DNA of 64,000 nucleotides from an uncultured Bacilli bacterium (GTDB lineage Bacteria; Bacillota_I; Bacilli_A; RF39; UBA660): NCBI GenBank assembly GCA_934091055.1, contig CAKOKN010000005.1, positions 58 to 64,057 of the forward strand, read 5' to 3'. Shown piece by piece: positions 58,601 to 64,000 of this stretch (position 1 is its first letter; each line of letters starts with the position of its first letter). The notes under the pieces were generated by a model. It saw only the letters and a program-made list of their open reading frames with translations, ran no database searches and was not told where the DNA came from. The position numbers and the translations under genes were made by a program.

Positions 58601-58601
58601 T

Positions 58602-59798
58602 ATGACTAGAATAATACTACATATTGATGTCAATAATGCTTTTCTTAGTTGGACTGCAGTGTGGTTTTTAAGTAAAGGCTATGACAAAGATATTAGAAAA
58701 AGATATGCTGTAATAGGCGGAGATGAGAGTGAGAGAAAGGGTATTGTTCTTGCTAAGAGTGATCCCTGCAAAAGGAAGGGCGTAGTAACTGCAGAACCCA
58801 TTTATAGTGCCAGAAGAAAATGCCCTTATCTTGAAATATATAAACCAAACTTTAAAGTATATAAATTCTTTTCTGATAAAATGTTTGAATATTTAAGTAC
58901 TTATACAGATATTATAGAGAGATATTCTATAGATGAATGCTTTCTAGATTATACTAATAGCGTTAATTTATTTGGTCCTCCTATTGATGTTGCTTATAAA
59001 ATTAAGGATGAAATATATAAAAAATTTGGTTTTACAGTTAATGTTGGTATAGGAAATAACAAGCTGTTAGCTAAAATGGCTTCTGATTTTGAAAAGCCCA
59101 ATAAAGTACATACACTTTTTAGTGATGAAGTAGAGAATAAGATGTTTCCTCTTCCTATTGAAGATTTATTTATGATAGGAAAGAGTTCAAGTAAGAAACT
59201 TAGAGAAATGAATATAAATACAATTGGAGATTTAGCTAGAACTAATGAAGATATTTTAATAAAAAGATTTAAATCTATGGGTAAGATGATGCATAACTAC
59301 GCTAATGGAATAGATGATAGTCCTGTCTACTACGAGAGAGAAGCATCAAAAAGTATATCATCTTCAACTGTACTACCATATAATTATTCAGATATCAATA
59401 AGATAAAACAAGTTATTATGAATTTATCTATGGAAATAGGAAGAAAACTAAGAGATGAAAATAAGTACGCTAATACAATAGGAGTATGGCTAAAATATAC
59501 TTATTTTGATAAAATTAGTAAGCAAAAAACTTTAGATAATAGTATATCTACTGATGAAGAAATATATAATAGTGCTTTAAAGATATTTGATAATCTTTGG
59601 AATTATGATGATAGTATAAGAAGCATATGTATATTTATAAGTAATTTTTCTGATGTAAAAAAGAGACAATTATCTATCTTTGATATAAATAATAGTTATA
59701 ATAAAGATGATGATAAACTCCAAAAGGTTATAGATGAAATTAGAAATAAGTATGGAAATGATGTAATTGGTTATGGAAATAATGATGAAAAAAGGTAG
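58602..59798 (+). CDS. dinB: Y-family DNA polymerase IV-like
   Basis: Motifs ILHIDVNNAF, SIDECFLD and GIGNNKLLAKMASDFEKPN. Confidence 0.85.
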   Translation: MTRIILHIDVNNAFLSWTAVWFLSKGYDKDIRKRYAVIGGDESERKGIVLAKSDPCKRKGVVTAEPIYSARRKCPYLEIYKPNFKVYKFFSDKMFEYLSTYTDIIERYSIDECFLDYTNSVNLFGPPIDVAYKIKDEIYKKFGFTVNVGIGNNKLLAKMASDFEKPNKVHTLFSDEVENKMFPLPIEDLFMIGKSSSKKLREMNINTIGDLARTNEDILIKRFKSMGKMMHNYANGIDDSPVYYEREASKSISSSTVLPYNYSDINKIKQVIMNLSMEIGRKLRDENKYANTIGVWLKYTYFDKISKQKTLDNSISTDEEIYNSALKIFDNLWNYDDSIRSICIFISNFSDVKKRQLSIFDINNSYNKDDDKLQKVIDEIRNKYGNDVIGYGNNDEKR

Positions 59799-59807
59799 GT
59801 GTTCTAA

Positions 59808-61823
59808 ATGAATTATGAAAATATGACTACTTTAAGTATAATAAAGTCATTAAAGAATTCAACTTTAGAGGATAGAAATAATGTTTTAAATTCTAAAGAG
59901 GTCATTAATAAATTTAGAAATGAATTATTAATGGACTGCTGCCGGGGAGATATTTATCGTAATTATAGAGATATTTTTGAAATTATAGATGTAGATTATT
60001 TCTTTAAAGTATTTGATTATCCTGCTATACATAATAGTTTTAGAATATTAGATTATAAAGATTTTTCTAATTATAAAAAATATAAAGAAAATAGAGACAA
60101 GATTAAGTTAGAAGAGATTAATAAAAAAATAGATGATAGTAGAAATAGAAATGCTAACCAATATAAACTTTTTGTAGTACTTTGTGAAAAAGATTTAAAT
60201 AAAACAGTAGAGTATATTTTAAAAGATGATAATCTCTTTAAGGAATTCTTTAAGAAGGCAGATGATATGTATTCCTGTTTTGCCTCTTTAGATTATGATT
60301 TAATAGTAAATATTATAATGAAGTTAGAACATTTTGATAGTTATTTTAATGGTAGTGGTTATGAATTTATTTCTTGTATTGGTTCTGATAAACAAAAGAG
60401 ATTATTAGATGAGAATTTTAGTGATGACTTTATTATGAAACTTCTTGGTTATTTTCATCCTAGTGTAGTATCCTATTTTTTTTCAGAAGATAAAAGAGCA
60501 CTTTATTTATATAAAAAAGTTCCTAACTTAATAAATTATGTTAATAGTGGTGTTAGGTTTAATAAAGAAATAGTAGCTAGTAATGATTTCTTTAATAGAC
60601 TTAAAAGTAATAGTTTTGTTGAATTTAGAAGAAATATTAATGCTGCGGAAAAATATAATGATGCTATTTTAATAGAAGATAGACTTGATAAATATTACAA
60701 AGAATTGATTAATCAGTATGATAGTAATACGAGCATATTTAAAATATATAGTAGTATTCTTAATAATCCTTCAAAAATAGCCGACTATTATAACTATAGT
60801 TATTTACTAGATTCTGATGTTTGGGGTCTTTTTCGAAGACATAGAGATTATGATGATAATGGAGATATAATATTTAAAGAAAAAGAAGAATTAATAAAAG
60901 AATTAAAAAAAGAGACAAATAATAAACTTAGTGAAATTATTATTGATGCTCTATTCTCTGACAATATATATAATGTATGGTTAAATATAAAAGAAATGTT
61001 AAGATTTAATAATAAGTTGGATAAAAAAGTATTAGATGAAGATAAACAATCTTTTTATAATACAATACTTAATTTTGATAAAGTATTTTGTGAAGATAAA
61101 ATTAAATTATTTTATAAATTAAAAGATAAAAATATTAATATGCTCTTTTATCAAGATTTAAGAAAATTAAAAGATTTATCTTATGACTTAATCAAAAAAG
61201 ATTTAGTTGATTTAGATAAATATCAAGATAAAATAGATAAAGAGAATACCAATAAGTATAAACAGAGAATATATGACTTAAGAGATAGTAAATATACAAT
61301 GCTTGTTAGAGTACAGACTAAATATAATGAGAGCATCTTCAATAGAAGAAACTGCTATTCAATTATATCTAATGAAAATACTAATACATATGGTTATTCT
61401 GAAATTAGTGGTATGTTTATGTATGGATATAATTCTTTTGAAAACGATAGAGTCATTCATATGTTAGAACAAGATGCTTTTAGTAGTGATTCATATAGTA
61501 ATAGTGAAGTTAGTAAATATGTAAATAGAATAGCAACTTCTAGAGAACTTACTAATGGTAGTTCTTGGTATAGTGAAGTAGAAATAGTTAATTTGCAAAA
61601 TGAAGATGGAAAATATACAGCGAAGAAGCCAGACTTTATAGTCTGCTACGAAGAAGTTAGAAGTGTTGATATAGAAGAAGCAGAAAGACTTAATATACCA
61701 ATAGTTATAATTAGAAAAACTAAATTAGAAAAAGAAAATCAAGTAGATTTAGCTTTTGATAGAGAAAAAGATATTTATAGTAATAATTCTTATGATGAGA
61801 GAGTACATAAAAACACAAGATAA
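59808..61823 (+). CDS. 671-aa hypothetical protein, no recognisable family
   Basis: Long ORF 9 nt after dinB and 15 nt before tex. K/N/D/Y-rich, with a helical N-terminal two thirds and a distinct C-terminal region of about 150 aa. Confidence 0.6.
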   Translation: MNYENMTTLSIIKSLKNSTLEDRNNVLNSKEVINKFRNELLMDCCRGDIYRNYRDIFEIIDVDYFFKVFDYPAIHNSFRILDYKDFSNYKKYKENRDKIKLEEINKKIDDSRNRNANQYKLFVVLCEKDLNKTVEYILKDDNLFKEFFKKADDMYSCFASLDYDLIVNIIMKLEHFDSYFNGSGYEFISCIGSDKQKRLLDENFSDDFIMKLLGYFHPSVVSYFFSEDKRALYLYKKVPNLINYVNSGVRFNKEIVASNDFFNRLKSNSFVEFRRNINAAEKYNDAILIEDRLDKYYKELINQYDSNTSIFKIYSSILNNPSKIADYYNYSYLLDSDVWGLFRRHRDYDDNGDIIFKEKEELIKELKKETNNKLSEIIIDALFSDNIYNVWLNIKEMLRFNNKLDKKVLDEDKQSFYNTILNFDKVFCEDKIKLFYKLKDKNINMLFYQDLRKLKDLSYDLIKKDLVDLDKYQDKIDKENTNKYKQRIYDLRDSKYTMLVRVQTKYNESIFNRRNCYSIISNENTNTYGYSEISGMFMYGYNSFENDRVIHMLEQDAFSSDSYSNSEVSKYVNRIATSRELTNGSSWYSEVEIVNLQNEDGKYTAKKPDFIVCYEEVRSVDIEEAERLNIPIVIIRKTKLEKENQVDLAFDREKDIYSNNSYDERVHKNTR

Positions 61824-61838
61824 ACTGGAGGAATAATA

Positions 61839-64000
61839 ATGAATGATGTAATAATTGATGGAATTGTAAATGATCTAAACATAAAAAAAGGACAAGTATT
61901 AGCTACATTACAATTATTAAAGGAAGGAAATACAGTTCCATTTATAGCAAGATATAGAAAAGAGGCTACTGGTGCTTTAGATGAAGAACAAATTAGAAAT
62001 ATTAATGAAGTCTATGAGTATCAAGTTAATTTATTAAAAAGAAAAGAAGATGTTATTAGATTAATTGATGAAAAAGGACTACTTACTGATGAATTAAAAA
62101 ATAATATAATGAAATGTGATAAGTTAGTAGAAGTAGAAGATATATATAGACCATTTAAAGAAAAGAAAAAAACTAAGGCTACTGAGGCAATTAAAAATGG
62201 ATTGGAACCACTAGCTAAGATTATAATGTCCTTTAAGGATGTTGATATAAAGAAAATAGCAGAATCTTATTTAAATGATAATGTAGTGGATGTGGAATCT
62301 GCGATTACAGGGGCAAGTTATATTATAGCAGAATGGATTAGTGATAATGCTAGTTACCGTAAGTATATTAGAAATAATATGAAGAATAATGGTATTATAT
62401 CTACTAAAAAGAAAAAGAATGCTGTTGATGATAAAAAAGTATATGAAATGTATTATGATTATGAAGAGAGAATAAAATATATAAAACCTCATAGAGTACT
62501 TGCTATAAATAGGGGAGAAAAAGAACAAGTATTATCTGTTAGTATTACTGTTGATAATGATTATATTATCTCTTATTTAGAGAATAAAATAATAAAACAA
62601 GATAATGTGGATAGTACTGCAATTGTTAAAAATGCTATTTTGGATAGTTATAAAAGACTAATATTACCAAGTATAGAAAGAGAAGTTAGAAGTGAACTTA
62701 AGGAAGTGTCTGAAGAAGCTGCTATTGGAGTGTTTGGAGATAATTTGGAGAATTTGATTTTAACTCCTCCTATGAAAGATATTACTGTTTTAGGTTTTGA
62801 TCCAGCATATAGAACAGGATGTAAATTAGCGGTAGTTAGTCCGACTTCTAAGGTACTTAATATTTCAGTTATTTATCCTAATGAACCACATAATAAATGG
62901 GAAGAATCTAAAAAGGTACTTAAAGATTTATTTAAAAAGTATGATGTTGATGTTGTGGCTATTGGAAATGGTACTGCTTCTAGAGAGAGTGAAAAGTTGG
63001 TCGCAGAAGCTATTGGTGAATATAAAGATAAAGATATTAAATATGTAATTGTAAGTGAAGCAGGAGCTAGTGTATATTCTGCTAGTGAATTGGCAATAAA
63101 GGAGTTTCCTGATTTAACGGTAGAAAAAAGAAGTGCAATTAGTATAGCGAGGAGACTTCAGGATCCTTTGTCTGAACTTGTAAAAATTGACAGTAAGAGT
63201 ATAGGTGTTGGTCAATATCAGCACGATGTTAATGAGAAAAAGCTGGATGAGTCATTGGATTTTGTGGTTTCTAAATGTGTTAATAATGTTGGTGTTAATA
63301 TTAATACTGCTAGTCCATCTATTTTGAAATATGTGTCTGGTCTTAATAAATCTTCTATTGAAAAGATTATTAATTATAGGGAAGGTAATGGTAAGATTAA
63401 ATCTAGGTTAGAACTTCTAAAAAATAAGGTTTTAACTCCTAAAGCATATGAGCAATCTATTGGTTTTATGAGAGTAATTGATGGGGATAATGTTATGGAT
63501 GTGACTCCTATTCACCCTGAGAGTTATAAAACTGCTGTGAAGTTGCTTAATGATTTGAATTTGTCTTTAGATGATATTGGTAGTAAAAATCTTGTGGATA
63601 AACTAAGTGGTATAGATATAGAGGAATATGCTAATAATAATAATGTTGATATTTATACAATTAAGGATATAGTGGAGTGTTTGAAGAAGCCTAATAGAGA
63701 TTTTAGAGATGACTTTGATAAACCTTTATTGAAGAGTGATATTTTGAAGATTGAGGATTTGAAGGTTGGTATGGAGCTGTCTGGAACTGTTAGAAATGTT
63801 GTGGATTTTGGTGCTTTTATTGATATTGGACTTCACGATGATGGGTTAGTGCATATATCTAAAATGACTGATAAGTTTATTAAGCATCCTAGTGAGATTG
63901 TGTCAGTAGGAGATATTGTTACTTGTTATGTTGATGATATTTCTTTAGATAAGAATAGGGTGAGTTTGTCTTTGATTAATCCTAATTTGATTAAAAAATA
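61839..64000 (+). CDS. tex: Tex-family transcription accessory protein (YqgF/HHH/S1 domains), 3' end at or beyond the window edge
   Basis: N-terminus MNDVII...TVPFIARYRKEATGALDEEQIRNI. YqgF-like GFDPAYRTGCKLAVV. C-terminal S1 domain GMELSGTVRNVVDFGAFIDIG. Not in the ORF track because there is no in-window stop. Confidence 0.9.
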   Translation, partial: MNDVIIDGIVNDLNIKKGQVLATLQLLKEGNTVPFIARYRKEATGALDEEQIRNINEVYEYQVNLLKRKEDVIRLIDEKGLLTDELKNNIMKCDKLVEVEDIYRPFKEKKKTKATEAIKNGLEPLAKIIMSFKDVDIKKIAESYLNDNVVDVESAITGASYIIAEWISDNASYRKYIRNNMKNNGIISTKKKKNAVDDKKVYEMYYDYEERIKYIKPHRVLAINRGEKEQVLSVSITVDNDYIISYLENKIIKQDNVDSTAIVKNAILDSYKRLILPSIEREVRSELKEVSEEAAIGVFGDNLENLILTPPMKDITVLGFDPAYRTGCKLAVVSPTSKVLNISVIYPNEPHNKWEESKKVLKDLFKKYDVDVVAIGNGTASRESEKLVAEAIGEYKDKDIKYVIVSEAGASVYSASELAIKEFPDLTVEKRSAISIARRLQDPLSELVKIDSKSIGVGQYQHDVNEKKLDESLDFVVSKCVNNVGVNINTASPSILKYVSGLNKSSIEKIINYREGNGKIKSRLELLKNKVLTPKAYEQSIGFMRVIDGDNVMDVTPIHPESYKTAVKLLNDLNLSLDDIGSKNLVDKLSGIDIEEYANNNNVDIYTIKDIVECLKKPNRDFRDDFDKPLLKSDILKIEDLKVGMELSGTVRNVVDFGAFIDIGLHDDGLVHISKMTDKFIKHPSEIVSVGDIVTCYVDDISLDKNRVSLSLINPNLIKK

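Overview
Visibly AT-rich, origin-proximal chromosome segment of a spore-forming low-GC Firmicute (Clostridia/Erysipelotrichia-like; TGA is a stop codon and RF2 is present). The backbone is almost all on the + strand and follows Bacillus subtilis-like synteny. The order is gyrA (3' part), ffs, tadA-dnaX-ybaB-recR-bofA-holB-yaaT-yabB-rsmI-pth-mfd-spoVT, then T-box-dut-metG-tatD-yabE-spoIID-spoIIQ-spoIIID-mbl-rpiB-dusB-lysS-clpC, then ychF-pepF-prfB, two yitT paralogs, ftsEX, and finally dinB and tex (3' end outside the window). No rRNA, tRNA, CRISPR array, transposase or integrase was recognised. Three things stand out. (1) The 1.45-kb non-coding gap between gyrA and tadA is a dense chromosome-organisation hub. 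It holds two Noc-binding-site palindromes, a minimal SRP RNA, nine consensus parS sites within about 1 kb, and a 22-26 bp iteron-like array. (2) An 8.3-kb accessory block (47.44-55.75 kb) is bracketed by a 30-nt, 29/30-identical hairpin repeat. It encodes an XRE/zinc-ribbon regulator divergent from a 7-gene operon of zinc-ribbon/TM proteins, an HExxH protease-like protein, a trypsin-fold protein lacking the His and Ser of the triad, and lipoproteins. None could be assigned a function. (3) An aaRS domain swap: LysRS carries the Trbp111/MetRS-type C-terminal tRNA-binding domain, while MetRS lacks it. Smaller accessory patches, mostly on the - strand, sit at 13.8-16.5, 32.1-35.8, 36.1-39.3, 42.3-42.7 and 55.75-57.15 kb. 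All calls come from reading the sequence and translations; no database search was run.
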